A stretch of DNA of 64,000 bases from NCBI RefSeq assembly GCF_964188315.1, contig NC_135659.1:38130001-38194000 (forward strand), in the 5' to 3' direction. The notes below the pieces were generated by a model. That model was given only the letters and a program-made list of their open reading frames with translations, ran no database searches and was not told the DNA's origin. Position numbers and translations under genes: made by a program. Positions within the stretch are counted from its first letter, which is position 1, and every line of letters begins with the position of its first letter. Shown piece by piece: positions 1 through 13,346 of the stretch. This DNA is from Podarcis muralis (lineage: Eukaryota).

Positions 1-3000
1 TTCTGACACCTGACTGGAGTATTATTGCAACAGAGTCTTGGGACCCTACTTGTTGTGACAACACTAAATTTGCACCCACCACAGGAATCACACTCACACA
101 TTGAACTTCTTTTTCCAAAACCTCTGGTAGTACTTACCTCTTGTCAAGATTTCCCACAATACCTGCTTCCCCTCACTTTCCAGTGGCAGCCAATGATGTG
201 AGATAGAGAAGAGGAAATTTGGAGTGTCATGTTGGCGCAGCTCATTTCCATCTGACCTAGGAAGGCAGACTTTGACTGATTTCAGCTACAGAGGTGGCTG
301 CTGCAGTTGTAGGCGCCAGAGACAATCTAGTTCTTGAGTCCAGCAAAACCAGTCCCCTGCGCTCTGTCTAGCCCACTTCCATCCTGCCTGGGAGGGCATG
401 ACTCCAGCAACAAAGTCTGTAACTGTTGCTGACAGTGCCTAGAATGTATTTCTTCTGTTTAGGGAGATGTCAATGTGAATGTTTTTGTTAGCTTGCTCAT
501 GTAGGTATATAACACTATATATGTGAAATGTGATCAATATTATTATGCTTTGTTGTACCTATATAATGATTTCTTTATTGTTCTTCACTTTAGCATTATT
601 TAGAAAAAAGGCATCTAAATACACTTAACGATAATGATGTGGGTCAGCATTGTTTAAAGCTGAGTGGAATCTTTTAGGGAAACATTTTGCTGATGAAATG
701 TTTCCCAAAGTTTTTGTTTCAATATTTCAATATTTCCCAATGTTTTTGTGACAGGTGCCACAACCACCCACAACTACACACCCACACACTAATTAAGGGT
801 CATTGTGGAAGATGCAGAATGGTGGCCAGAAATCTTTCTCCAGATATAGGTCATCAACCAGAGTGACCAAACCAGGCTTGAGGCCAAATTGAAATGGGTC
901 AAAGTGTTGGCTCTGTAGGAGTGCCAACTAGTTTGGGCCTCAGCCTTGATAGAAGCTGCAAGGAGTATGTGCTACAAATGGAAAACAAATGTGTATGTTT
1001 ATCAGAGTATAAACCGATTATGAACAAAATCTTTAACTCTGGAGATTTTCTTGTTTCAGAACCCCTTGAGTTGCCCCCCACAGCAATGTGTATGTATATA
1101 TATAGACACACACACTTCGCTCCAAAAGCAATCAAGCATACAGCAGATCGTTGTGAAATGGACAAATTAGGCTCCAGTCAATTTCTGAGAGCTATTTACT
1201 TAAGTCTACATGCTTTGTTCACAGATGGTTTTTATCTAGGTCTACAAATTCTCATAAAACGATAAAAGAGAGGGGAAAATCCATTTTGATGGTGTGATGT
1301 ATCTGGCAAACGAGAACTGTGCTGAGCCTCCAATTAAAACTGACAAGTCTTTAAAATGCTTAATCCCACAGATGCAGTATGACAATCCCAAAGTGTAGAG
1401 CATAAATGATATGTTGCAGTCATCTGTTACTGTTTAAGGAGGGTTTGGGGTTTTGTTTTGTTTTGTTTCTTTAAAGACTAGACAGCAAGGAAATCCAGTT
1501 AACTGATTAGCAAGGCAAGAGTGCAAATTAAAAATAAAATGGTTTGGGGACTGAAATATTTACTGCTGAACTCTTCTGCCCTTTCCTATTTTCTTGCTCA
1601 ATATGAACTACATTAGGCAGACATCCGAGGACCTAAATGAACTTGCAAATTATTATTTTTCCTTGAAATTGTCTATTAAAGGGAAATGAGCAAAAGTGAT
1701 TAGTTTTCGAGCTCAGCTTGGACAATGGGTGCTGTCTTTTAAATGGTCCTTAATTTAGGCTCAAGTGTTTAATTTCAACTTTCTGATCGCAGTGGCTCTG
1801 CATTCTCTGCAGGTATTCAAGATGTTCAGCCTGATTAATTGGGCAGGCTGGATTTCCCATATTTTGAGCCCACTTGAAAGGGGAAGTAAGAAATGAATTG
1901 TGCCAAAAGGCTTTGGTCTATTTTTTTATTAATCGAGTAGATTAGACGGATCATGAAAACAATCTTCTAATTTATAAGAGTCAATCTCATATCTTGTTAA
2001 ACAAGAGTTATTATTATTGAACTTAAACCGCTGAAGTGTGCTATACCAAAGGCCACATTCCGCGCAGCAGAACGCCACTTTGAACACTAGCATGTTAACC
2101 ACATGCTAATAGGTTCTCAGCAGGCTGATAAGTTATTGATTATCTCAGCTTGTATAATTTGTATCAAGACAGGACAGTGTAGTTAACTGGAATATAAGTG
2201 CTTCCTTCTTGCTACCTGAATCTGACTCACATTCTCATCAGTCACTTCATTCACGGCCGTGGTAACAGACAGACGGCTTTGTCTGTAGGTGGATGGATCC
2301 CTTTGTGTAGAAAAGGACCAAACACCATTATACCCTGGCCTAGAAAAAAAACAACCTGCAGCTCCTATTATACCTACTAGCATTAATCTAAACAGTAGTT
2401 GGGAGTGCCAAATGGAAAAGCCTTTCAAAACAGTTTCCCTTTGTTCCCTTGCTAATGTGTATGTTGAAATTATCCTCCATTTTATATTTTGTTCATCTTT
2501 AGGTAGACAGGAATAGAGCGGAAGGGGATACAAAGACTATGTGTGATTACAACGGCCAAGTGAGGAACTTATTCATATTGCAGACATCTGATATATCATT
2601 TTAAATTACTTCGACAGAGAGCACTTGACTATTGTGTGTAAAACTTATACACAGGCATAAAGAAATTTTAAAGTGTTTCTGTTCTTTCCATTTACCTCAA
2701 CTAAAAGTTCTTCTTATAAAAAAAACAACCCCTTGGCGTATCTTATGCAAAATTCAGAAGCGAGGTAGCAAGAAGTATAATGAACTCTGCCAAGCATTAC
2801 AACTTCTGTGCATGCTGCGAAAAGAAGTATAGAAAGTGCTATCCTCCAAAGAGGATTAAATGCTGGAGAAAACAGTCGTTTCTTGTCATTAACAGCAGGG
2901 CGAAAAGGTAGAAATTTGACACATTGTGTGTTTGTTTGTATAAAGTATTGTCCCAGATTTCTGACATGGACCACATGTTGGAGTCACTGACATGCTTTGG

Positions 3001-3644
3001 ATAAACAGAAAATAAAACATCAAAGACCAGAAGAATATTTTTTTGATCAATAGCTTCATGTTAATATGGTGGGTCTGACAGGCTGATTTCAATATGGGGC
3101 AATTCCACTGGGAAGATTGGTGATAACTTGTGTGAAATGTATATAAAAGATGAACTTGGTGTGTGAGTTATTTCATATTCATTGTTTCCCATTCAGCTCC
3201 TATTATACCCACCAGCATTAATTTAAATAGTAGTTCGAATGGCAAATGGAAAAGCCTTTCACATCAGTAGGATGGGGCTTACTTACAAAGGGCAATATAA
3301 AAGAAGCCTTTTCCAGATCTTCCCCGTGTTTGGGCTAATGTCCCCAAAAGCACACATGGAGCCAGATGGGCGAGGTATGCATGTTCCCTTGGATGTAGCT
3401 GTGAAGGCAAATGTTCAAAGGAAGAGGGGTGGTTTTTCTTGCATCCAGTATCTTACCAATGAGGACACCTGCCCTCAAGCCCGCCCCTCCTTTCTAAAGC
3501 AACAGTAGTCTATGAGATGTCACAGTTCCTTGCCAGTGCTCATGAAGCTCTGACTGAGATACCCATTAGCTGGGAAATGGGAGTCTTGGGTGTCTGTGGA
3601 TGGTGTTGGCCAGGTCAGGGTGTCTTCTCTGGGATATGGTGAGT

Positions 3645-3810
3645 TTCCATATATTAGTGGTAGAAGACATGCTTCAAACGATGCAAGAGGGCCGAGCTTC
3701 AATTCCTAACATCTCTGGTTAAAATGACCAGTTAGCAAGTGACCTGCCTGAAGCCCTTGGAAGCTGCTGCCACTCAGAACAGGCAATGCTGAGCTCAAAT
3801 TAGGCCACAT
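3645..3810 (+). mobile_element. Degenerate tRNA-headed SINE (Squam2-like)
   Basis: tRNA-like head (TTAGTGGTAGAAG...GAGCTTCAATTCCT) followed by a body resembling squamate SINEs; recognised by eye and strongly diverged. Confidence 0.45.
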
Positions 3811-5489
3811 CCTATGATATGGACCCCATATCTTCTATTTCCCTTCTGTCAGTATTCAGGGATGCATCTCTTAAGAATTAGGGGTGTGTTCAGTGAAAGT
3901 TGTGAGGGGTTGCTTAGAAACCAAGGAGCTGAAATTATGCAAGAAACCACTTCACTAGTTCTAGTGTTGTTGGTTGGGGGGGGGGGGAGGGTGATCTGTT
4001 CCACGTTGAAGTGGATAGGCCCATAACTTAACAGAAGGCAAGATGAGTGTTGCTCCTCAACAAGGCAGAATGCACAGGTGGCAGGGTCATTTCCACTGTC
4101 CCAATGTGGATGTGTCTTCCTTGGATGATTCAAGGGCCGTATTGGGACCTGTGACCCAGACGTTGCTCAAGCCGGCTTTAATGCTTATGGGCCTCTGCAA
4201 AGTCAGCATCATTAAATACACACATGCACAAACACAATGCAGATACAGTTCTAAACTTTCAAAAGGCCAGCTGTTAAAAAAACAAAAACAAAAAAACTAA
4301 CACTGCAGAATTCTGATGCAGCCTTGTATCCATGAGTACAAACATTTGAACTAACGTCAGTCCTTATGCTATGAATGAAATATGTGAACAAGGAGGAGTA
4401 CACAGATACCTATTTCTCTAAGCACAGCTCTAAAACCTTGGCCCTGAAATATTATTACAATCAGTAAAGCTGCTATTAAATACTAAATAAAACACTGATT
4501 TGTTACAAAGATTTATAGGCTAGCACTAAATATACTACTGTGGCTAATAAACCTTAATCTTTTACTACTCTCTTTATTATCATCACATTGCTATGGTTAT
4601 AGCCATGCTCTGCTCCTCTTATAGATAATACATTAGCAGCCATCAACATTAAAAAATGCATAGAAGTCATCAGCCTGGGACTATCCAAGTGCCATCAAAT
4701 GCTGTGTGTCAACAGCTCCTTAAGCTTTCATTGGCACATCAGACTGTTATTTCAGTTTCAGTGAAATGGGCACCAGATGTTATTTACATCCAGCTGATAT
4801 CACATTTGCCAAGTGACCCACATTCTTTGGGTCAAGCTCACAATCACCGTTGGAAACCAAAGGAATCTTGAAAAGCTCAGCTGCATGTGTCAGAGCAAGC
4901 TCTGATTTCTCCAACTTTAAGTACTGGTGTGTTTGTAAGCGTTCGAAAAGAGCTGTTGCTTGCTGGGACTTTGTGTGTTCATGGAATGTTAAGCACTTCT
5001 TCTTGTGGGTCTTTCTATTAGTTTTCATTTGTCAATGGCTCTCCATCAACCCCTCCATTCCCTTCCTTACACTCTGCTTAGTAAATGATCCTAGCTGATA
5101 GTATTGAAAATTACGGTACTGATTATTAGACGCTCTTCAGGTATTATGCCTGAGCAGTGAATGCCACCATGAGTATGGAACACATGCAACAGCTGTGCCA
5201 CTATACCTCCATGTGCACTGGACCTGCATGCTCCAACCCCACCTTTCTACACTAAGCACGAAGGTCTGAATGGAACATCTGGACCAGGGGTCTGCAACCT
5301 TTAAGACAAAAAGAGCCACTTGGACCTGTTTCCAAAGGAAAAAAAACTGGGAGCTGCAAAACTCGTCATTATAAAAATAACTTTTTTGTCACTTTTTTAT
5401 TATTTCTTTGTTTGACCCCTCAGAATTACTCCTCCTCATAGAAATAAACAAGTTACCTTTTTGTGTGTGTGTGTTCTTCACTCCCCTTC

Positions 5490-5740
5490 AAAACAGTGAC
5501 CAACGTACATGCCCCCTTTCAATGCAGTGAGCAGCGTACATGCCCCTTACAATGTAGTGGGCGGGCGGGCGGGAAGGTGACGTTGGGACGGTGCGTGACT
5601 AACGCACGCACCGACCCCATGCAACGTCACAGCCAGTACAGCGCCCGCCACAGTGGGGAGTGTCGGGGCGCACAATGCGCCTCCTCCCCTTGCTAGTATC
5701 CGCCCCGGAGCCGTGGCAAAGGTGTAAAAGAGCCCCTGAT
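5490..5740. mobile_element. CpG-rich non-autonomous DNA-transposon-like fragment (possibly Harbinger/PIF)
   Basis: Abrupt GC/CpG-rich block in an AT-rich background; imperfect ~31-bp internal tandem repeat (CGTACATGCCCC at 5504 and 5535); ends in GGTGTAAAAGAGCCCCT; partner terminus not found. Confidence 0.35.
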
Positions 5741-6654
5741 CTAGACATATTTTCTTGAACACATAAATTTATTTGTGATCAGGAACCCTGGTGACGCAGG
5801 GTTCCTGATCATGGGCAGCTTCTAAGCACTTTCAGCTGAACATGCTTTTGACACACCTCAGACATTCCCATTCATTGAGGGCAGACATGGAATGGGCTGG
5901 TGTAGAGACATTGGGCACAGCCTCCCTACCCCTTGTATGCATTGCCATTCCCAATTCCGGCCTGATGCCTGAACAGAGCTTAAAAGGTTGCTAACATATG
6001 TACACATCTCTTGATTTCTGAATGTTCCTTCTTGTGCTGCCATACCTGTGATGGCCCATTCACTCAGTCAAGTGATAGCCTGAGGCTGCAGTCATCAGAT
6101 ATGGGCTGCTGCAAGACATTCTGCCACCTGAGACAGAGCTGCTGCCATTCCCTGCTGACACCCTCCATTTGTGTTTTGCCACCATAGCAGGGAGTGCTAA
6201 GGTTCCTCAGGGCCTCCTGCTCAACAGCGCCTCACTCTTATGAAGGATCCTAAGGTCCTTTAGTGGGCAAGGTGGCCTGGTAAATTGCCTGCCCTGCCCT
6301 TGCCTTGCTGCAGGAGCAGCAAATACTACCTAAAGTTTCTGCCTTGGGAATAGTCAGACTTCAACAGTCTCCTAGTGTTAAATTTTAAACAATATTTGCA
6401 ATGGTAAAGCAGCTGTGGTAAAATCTCCAGGGTCACTTTATTTGGAATGCGTCACTCTAAAGAAGGACGCTTCCTCAGAGGAAGGCATAAATGACTCTGG
6501 GCCTTCAGAGAGCCCTGTAGGAGTGCTGCAGACCACACTGGTGATGTGGCAAAGCAGCCTCAGTCGAGGACTAAACGGTGGCAAGTGGGAAGTGAGATGT
6601 AAACGTAGTTTTATTTGGCCCTAGCCAGAGGGTTATTGACAAGTGACAACGGAC

Positions 6655-6817
6655 TTCCATGAGAAGTGGTGGACTGTCCTTCGTTGGAGATTTTTAAACA
6701 GAGGTTAGATAGCCACCTGTCATATATGATTTAGTTGCAATTCCTGTATTTCAGGGAGTTGGACTAGATGACTCTCGGGTTCCCTTCCAACAATTTGATG
6801 TTTCTACGATTCTATGA
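6655..6817 (+). mobile_element. CR1 LINE 3' end
   Basis: Typical CR1 3' sequence GTGGTGGACTGTCCTTCGTTGGAGATTTTTAAACAGAGG...GGACTAGATGA...TTCCAAC ending in an ATTCTATGA tail unit. Confidence 0.85.
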
Positions 6818-8850
6818 CACTGATTGATGGTAGGTATAAAAAGAGATGAAAAATCTCCATCAAGGAGCTCTGTGCCTCTTACTGAAAAGCATACTTTGTT
6901 CCTTTAGAACTCTATTGAGTTTCCAACATAAAGTTGCAAGCAGACAGAGGTTCTTCCAATCCAGAGAAAATAAATGCAGTAGCCTGAGCTTCACAGGAGG
7001 CCAACATAGGTAGTCCTCCAAATGCCAACATTTGTTTTGCACTGGTTCCCCGTAACTCTAAAAGTGATTACTGGGGTCTGAGTGGGGGGAACATCCACAC
7101 ATAAGCACAACTGAAGCAGCAATAGATTTGGAAAGGGTAGGTACAGGAGCAGCATATGTTGACATTGAGAGTCATATTTTCACTTGAGTGTATTGCTTCC
7201 TAGCCAGGTGAGTGGAGAATATGTGACTCTGAGGGGTAATGTGTGTGTTTGTTAGAGGAGTTCTGTGCCTTGGGTCAACTGCTTTAGTGAAGCAATGCCT
7301 GTACCCTGCTGGAGTTTCAGAGGCACTAATAATGAAGTGTGGAGCATTTGCCTCCTGCTTTGGGAGCTACTGATGTCCAGAGGAGAGAGAGACTTTCCAT
7401 GCAAATGGAGGGGCTACAGTATGTACTTACAAATGTCCTTCTGTGCAGATTCCTTGAAATGGTTTAACCCAAGTAATAGGGACAATCTCTCAACATGAAA
7501 TAAAGTTCTGCAGTGTCCTGCCTCATCCATTGTTTTCAAATGTATGGCTTTTCCCCTCTGTGTCAGGTGGCAGAAGGAAAAGAAATGGTGTTAGAAGAAG
7601 AAAAAAAACATGCAAAGGAGAGGAGAGAAAAAGAGAAAGCAGGCTTTAGATCTGCTGTGCGAGACTGCAATTCCTGAAAGTGAATTAAAGTTTCTCTTTA
7701 AACAAGAAGCCAAGGGCATCTGCAAATGTGAAGCAGCAGCTAGATCAAAATGTAAACAGACACCATGTGTAAAGGTAAATAATGTCAGTGGAAAGGTTAA
7801 CTAATGTAAGAGTGAGTTTCCAACATATGCCTCAGGCCACCATGACTACTTTTGCAGTGCATATCAATTACAATAATTAAAGTGAGATAGGTTAAATTCA
7901 CCCGGGAGGAGGGATAGCATAAAGTTAAACTAGTGTAATGTTCTTTAAAAAGGTACGTACACACTTCAGCACAGTACTTGAACCAAAGTTGATTTCACGC
8001 CTTGCGAATTTCTTAACCATGTCGTCAAAGCTGTGTTCTGATTGTGCAGCACTTTAGTAAACCAAATGCTCTGCATTTATTTAGATTTATTGACAGAATC
8101 ATTTTATACCCTTCATTTTGGCCCTAATAAAATCTAATACATTAGAATCTGAGAGCATAGAGTAGAAACATTTTAAATACACATTAGCCCCACCAACAAA
8201 TACTAGGTAGTGGTGTTGGTAGAGGGTTCAGAAAAACATTACATTTTAAAAAACAGTGAGGAGGAGGCCATCTCAGCTTCCTTAGAAAGGTCATTCTGCA
8301 TCGAAAGGGACCCATTGCTGTGTGTTTCTACCAACTTCCTCTCTGAATGTGTCAAAGATACTGAGCAGGGCCTCAGATGCTGAATTCCCAGTGGGATGGT
8401 TAGCAGATTCATATGGGGAGAGATGGTTCTTCAACTATCCTGATCTAAATAGGTTAGGCCTTTATGTGCAAGAATCTATTCAATGCTGCTATATGGCAGC
8501 AGAAAATATGACTAAACCCATCTCATCCTACAAAACTGACACTTGTCAACCATCTTATTCTATAACTTTTGACTAGGTCAGGCACACTGTCAAGCAAAAG
8601 TTTCAGGTCATTTGTAGTCTGCTGAACCCCTTCATATTTAAATACATCCTTTCCACTCATGCCAATTGAGCTGGTAGCGACTGACCAGGAAAGAGGTCCA
8701 TGAATCATGGTGGATAGCTTGTGTTGGGCAGCTGTAAAAAAAATAAAAAAAAAAATTCCATGTTAGGGATCTTTAGGGAAGGGATTGAAACGAAAACTGC
8801 CATTATCATAACCCTGTTATAAGAACCTATGGTGCAACCCTTGAATACAA

Positions 8851-9184
8851 TAAAGGTAAGGTAACGTAAAGGACCCTTGGACAGGCCGAAAGAGCCAGTG
8901 TTTGTCCACAGACAGCTTTCTGGGTCATGTGGCCAGAATGACTCAACCATTACTGGTGCACGGAGGACTGTGACGCATGCCAGAGTGCACAGAAACTTTG
9001 TTTACCTTCCCACTGCAGCAGTACCAATTTATCTACTCGCACTGGTATGCTTTCAAACTGCTAGGTTGGCAGAAGCTGGGCCAGAGCAACGGGAGCTCAT
9101 CCCCTCGCGTGGATTTAAACCACCGACCTTCCGATTGGCAAGCCCAAGAGGCTCAGTGTTTAGACCACAGCACTACCTGCATCC
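8851..9184 (+). mobile_element. Sauria SINE (older copy)
   Basis: AAAGGTAAGG start; GGGTCATGTGGCCAG, TTTACCTTCCC, ATTTATCTACT and CAAACTGCTAGGTTGGCAG blocks shared with the younger copies at 28477 and 62039. Confidence 0.9.
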
Positions 9185-9271
9185 TTTACCAAACCCTGGA
9201 ATACTGGAATCCTGTTACTACACTTCAAAAGGATCCTGTAAAGCTGGAAAAGGTTCAGAAAAAGGCAACCC

Positions 9272-9660
9272 AAACGATAATAATATTAATTTATTATTTA
9301 TACCCCGCCCATCTGGCTGAGTTTCCCCAGCCACTCTGGGCGGCTCCCAATCAGTGTTAAAAACAGTACAGTGTTACATATTAAAAACTTCCCTGAACAG
9401 GGCTGCCTTAAGATGTCTTCTGAATGTCAGGTAATTATTTATCTTTTTGACATCTGATGGGAGGGCGTTCCACAGGGCGGGCGCCACTACCGAGAAGGCC
9501 CTCTGTCTGGTTCCCTGTAGCCTCACTTCTCGCAATGAGGGAATCGTCAGAAGGCCCTCAGCTGAATGATGGGGGTGGAGATGCTCCTTCAGGTATACAG
9601 GACCGAGGCCGTTTAGGGCTTTAAAGGTCAGCACCAACACTTTGAATCGTGCTCGGAAAC
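9272..9660 (-). mobile_element. L2-clade LINE 3' fragment (ORF2 C-terminus plus 3' UTR)
   Basis: ORF 9374-9640 reads LVLTFKALNGLGPVYLKEHL...RAFSVVAPALWNALP, the characteristic L2/CR1-clade ORF2 C-terminus; AT-rich tail at the left. Confidence 0.9.
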
Positions 9661-9714
9661 ATAAGAAGCTGAAGCAATATGAAGAAAGATTCCAACATTT
9701 GGGGCCTTCTAGTT

Positions 9715-9990
9715 TAGATGAAAGGGCAAGTTAAGGAGGACAAGACAGAAGTGTATAAAATTATGCACAATGCAAAGAAAGTATTCCTCCCTCTTTTTAA
9801 ATACTAGAACCCAGCATCATCCAATAAAGCTGAAATTTGAAATCTGTCATGACAGCCACCAATCTGGATGATTTTAAAATGGACTTCAACAAATACAAGG
9901 AGGATAAAGCTACTAATGGCTCCTAGTCATTATGGCAGTATACTACCTCCAGAATCAGAGACAGCATGCTTCCATTCATAACTTTGCTTT
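9715..9990 (+). mobile_element. Old, degraded CR1 3' fragment
   Basis: Remnant AAGACAGAAGTGTATAAAATTATGCA, CTAGAACCCAG and GAGGATAAAGCTACTAATGGCTCCTAGTC blocks resemble old CR1 3' regions. Confidence 0.45.
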
Positions 9991-11269
9991 ATTAGGCCAT
10001 CAAGCAGGAGCAGCCAGGATGGTTAAAACTGCAGCCTTCTCTCTCTAACCTAAGGATTTATACTTGCATTTTATGAGTCTGGCATATCATAAGACTAGTT
10101 TCAGGGTCCCAGCCACAATGAACACATGCAGATGACTACAGAGCTAGCAAAAGATACACAGAATATTTTGTAATCCAGGTAGTTGCCAGGTAAATGTATA
10201 GTCTGTGATGACCTGGCATTTGATCCTTCATTCTACAGCCATAGGATTAGTCATTAAATTTGTAGCAGGGTCCAGTCATGTCAATGTGTGTTGCATGGTT
10301 GGTGCATGCCACCTGCTTGCCTCTCCATGCACTGTGATAGCTACGTATGTTGATTACAGACCTCAGGCTTTTTTCATATGCCTGCTTTTAAGTTATTATT
10401 CATGTTTTATGGCTACAACATTGCAGCAACACAAAGGGGCTACCTGATCCTGTTGGCATAGAAAGGGGTTTGTGTGCTCACTACAGCTATCTTTGTCTAG
10501 CACATTCACAGATGACAGGCTTAACTTTCCGTCAAAAGCCTGTACATGAATTCAGGAGCCTGCACGAGCCATTTGACAACTTAGATAATTCCCACTGACT
10601 CCAGCTTAGCACTTTGCTGCATCTGCCGCCGTAAACATTCAGTTATTCCTGATCTCAAGCCCAATGGGGACTAAAACAGTACCTAAAACTGGCCCCATCA
10701 TATTCCAGCTCTCTTTCCCCACCCCTGTCTCCAAGTTGTCAAGAAGTAGAGTGAAAGCCATGCCTTCAATCTTGAGTGTTTCTTGGGTGATGCTCCTTAA
10801 AGGCTTCAGTCATCACCTTCAGGTTTTTTATTATTATTATTATTAAATACACAGACTTCAAAACTGTTACTTTATTTCATCCATATTACTGAATTATATG
10901 CTTTTGATTTTATACATATGTTTGCAATCGACACCCACCCACCCACACACCAGGATACTGTGATCTGGTGGCTGCTAGGCATGGGGACAAATCTGATTCA
11001 GTTCACATTAAAAGCTGAATTCACAAACTGATGTGGAAATGTGGAAAGTTGAGCTTAAGACTGGAATAAATGAGAAACCGAGAGAACCCAAAGCTGACAG
11101 GCTTGACCATATTTATTTTGTAGTGTGCCCTCTCAATCAACCTCTTAGCACTCTGTGAGTGTGTCGCATCCAACGGATGCCCCCTGCCCCTGCAGCTACT
11201 TTTTTAAAGTCAGGCAATTCAGTCAATGTATAGCATTTAAGAAAGGCCCTGCTGGGTCAGGCCAAAGAC

Positions 11270-11400
11270 CCAGTCTAGGGCTGCACCCCCTTCTCACAGC
11301 GGCCAAGCAGATGCCGGTGGGAAACCCACAAGAAGGATCCAAGTGCCACAGCACTCTGTGGAATCGGGCCTCATTTGGTCCTAAAACAAACAGATCTGTT
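11270..11400 (-). mobile_element. Old CR1/SINE 3' tail fragment
   Basis: GCTGGGTCAGGCCAAAGACCCAGTCTAG...TTCTCACAGCGGCCAAGCAGATGCC resembles the reverse complement of the tail at 26030-26100. Confidence 0.5.
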
Positions 11401-12573
11401 GCTGTATGCACCAGTTGGCTCCTCTGAGAGCTATTCACAAACATTAATAGCTATAACCCACCCTTTTAAAATGCAAAGCAATTAGGCACATACAGCTGTT
11501 TGAGGCTCTCCTATTTATATGAGCACACAGGCAGAAATGTGTCTCTGAAGACTAATTCATTCCATATTAAATCAACTACAACTGTAAAAACATTTTAAGA
11601 GATATGGGATCAAAAAATGTGTGTGTTTTCCTTCTGTTTCCTTTCCCATTTCAAGCATCTCTTATGGCAGAGGTGAAATTGCCTCCTTTCCATTATACAC
11701 TTAACAAGCTTCACAGTATTAAACTGGGAACAGGATAAATAAAGCCCATGCTTTTTAGTGTGCATCTTTTCAGGCTTTCCTCTATACCTTTTAAATATTT
11801 CTTTATGTTTATTGTTGCAACTCTTGAATTCATGCTCTGGGTCTTAGGTGATCTTGGCTGTTGGGCACAAAGTTCCCCCACCATCCCCCTATCAAATAGG
11901 TATAGAATCCATGGTTTACCATCACACAGAAAAGGATGTGGTCACATGGTGGAGCTCAAATGCTTGGGGACTCTGCTTAGGGAATCAGCACCTTGAATTA
12001 CATTTGGAACCCTATAGGAAGCCAGTGACAGCCAGTGCTTCTAACAGTAGATTGGGTCTGCATCGGCATCAGTCTTCAAAGGCAACCCTGCATAAAATGC
12101 ATCAATCAAATGGGAGTAATCTACTCTAAATCTAAAGAGTACGACTAGGCGTTATGATAAACATGAGGCTTCCGCTGCAAATGGCACCCCTAGGATGAGG
12201 TCATCCTATCCATAACAAGAAGGACAACTTACCTTTGCCCTGATATTGTCCTTTGTATTTCCTCATGCCCACCAACAGTGTGTAGTAGAGTGGAAAGAGC
12301 ACAATGAAGTCAGAAAGGTAAGTTTCATTACATGCTACATTACTGTATATTATATGATTTATGCTGTACTTGCTCTGTTCTGTTATTGTTATTTATTGTT
12401 TGCAGCTGCTTTGGGATTCCTTTGAATTGAAAATGGCATAGAAATACAGTCAGTCAATCAATGCATGCTATAAACTTCAGGTGCTGCAGGAGTGAAGAGG
12501 CAACACAAGTAGAAAAGAGTAATTTGGCTAAGCCTTTAACCTCATGCCCAAATGCTACATAGTTCGTTCCTGG

Positions 12574-12710
12574 CAGAGTTTTAGAAACTTGGGTCTCCAG
12601 TGGTTATTTGGACCACAGTTCCCATCACCCCTGACTACTGGTCATGCTAACTAGGGATGATGGGAGTTGTAGTCCAAAAACTGCAGGAGACCCAAGTTTG
12701 GAAAACACTG
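12574..12710. mobile_element. hAT-type MITE (old, palindromic)
   Basis: Imperfect terminal inverted repeats CAGAGTTTTAGAAACTTGGGTCTCCAG / CTGCAGGAGACCCAAGTTTGGAAAACACTG; internal TCCCATCA/TGATGGGA arms as in the 37427 MITE; no TSD readable. Confidence 0.75.
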
Positions 12711-13346
12711 CTCTAGAGTAACTTCTGCAATCTCTTCTAACTGCAAATGCTCTGTGTGTAATTAAGAAGTCTGGTCTTCCAGGGTTCCTAATGACGTTGG
12801 AAGCTTCTATGAATACTCTATGAAGTATATCTACTGCAGAACACAGAAAAGCCAGTGTGAGGTGCACGACAATTGGGTGGAGCTAAACGTGTGGTTCTGC
12901 AGCCTTTTCCTACTTGTGTTGCCCCTTCATGGCTGTAATGCCTGGAGAGGACTATAGAAGAAATGATGAGGCATCCATTAGTGGTGATATCCCTGTGTCA
13001 CATAACATATAGACTTGTCCAAAGGGTAAATACTTTATTTTTCACTAGAGACCCAAGACAGCAAAATGCACGTTATGTAAAGAAGCAAAGTCCTGTTCAT
13101 GGATCATCCCAAACATGTAAACAAGAGGTGGGGAATGGTATAATAAAAGTCAGATGTTCAGCTTGGAAGGCTCTTCTGTTCCATGATGCTGAGTTTTTGT
13201 GCCATACTCATGCTGACAGATAAATTTTCCCGGCCCTGTCAGTTCTAATGGTCCTGATCCATTGTTGGGAAAGCAAAGGGAATTCCATCCCAACAAGACA
13301 GCATTGCTACAGCTGAAAAACTCATCTATCTGTTTGCTGAAAAGAA

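Noticed and set aside
677-706. 11-bp-stem hairpin containing CTGATGA (hammerhead-like box)
   Set aside because: The box lies in a simple hairpin loop; the three-stem hammerhead architecture cannot be built.
894-1265. 123-aa ORF starting MGQSV, superficially like a retroviral Gag N-terminus
   Set aside because: No matrix, capsid or zinc-knuckle motifs follow, and there is no LTR, PBS or pol nearby; composition fits a chance ORF.
12230-12318. Strong donor-like sites on both strands, including a 39-nt plus-strand candidate exon CVVEWKEHNEVRK
   Set aside because: No compatible neighbouring exon or recognisable peptide; GTRAGT hexamers are expected dozens of times per strand in 64 kb.
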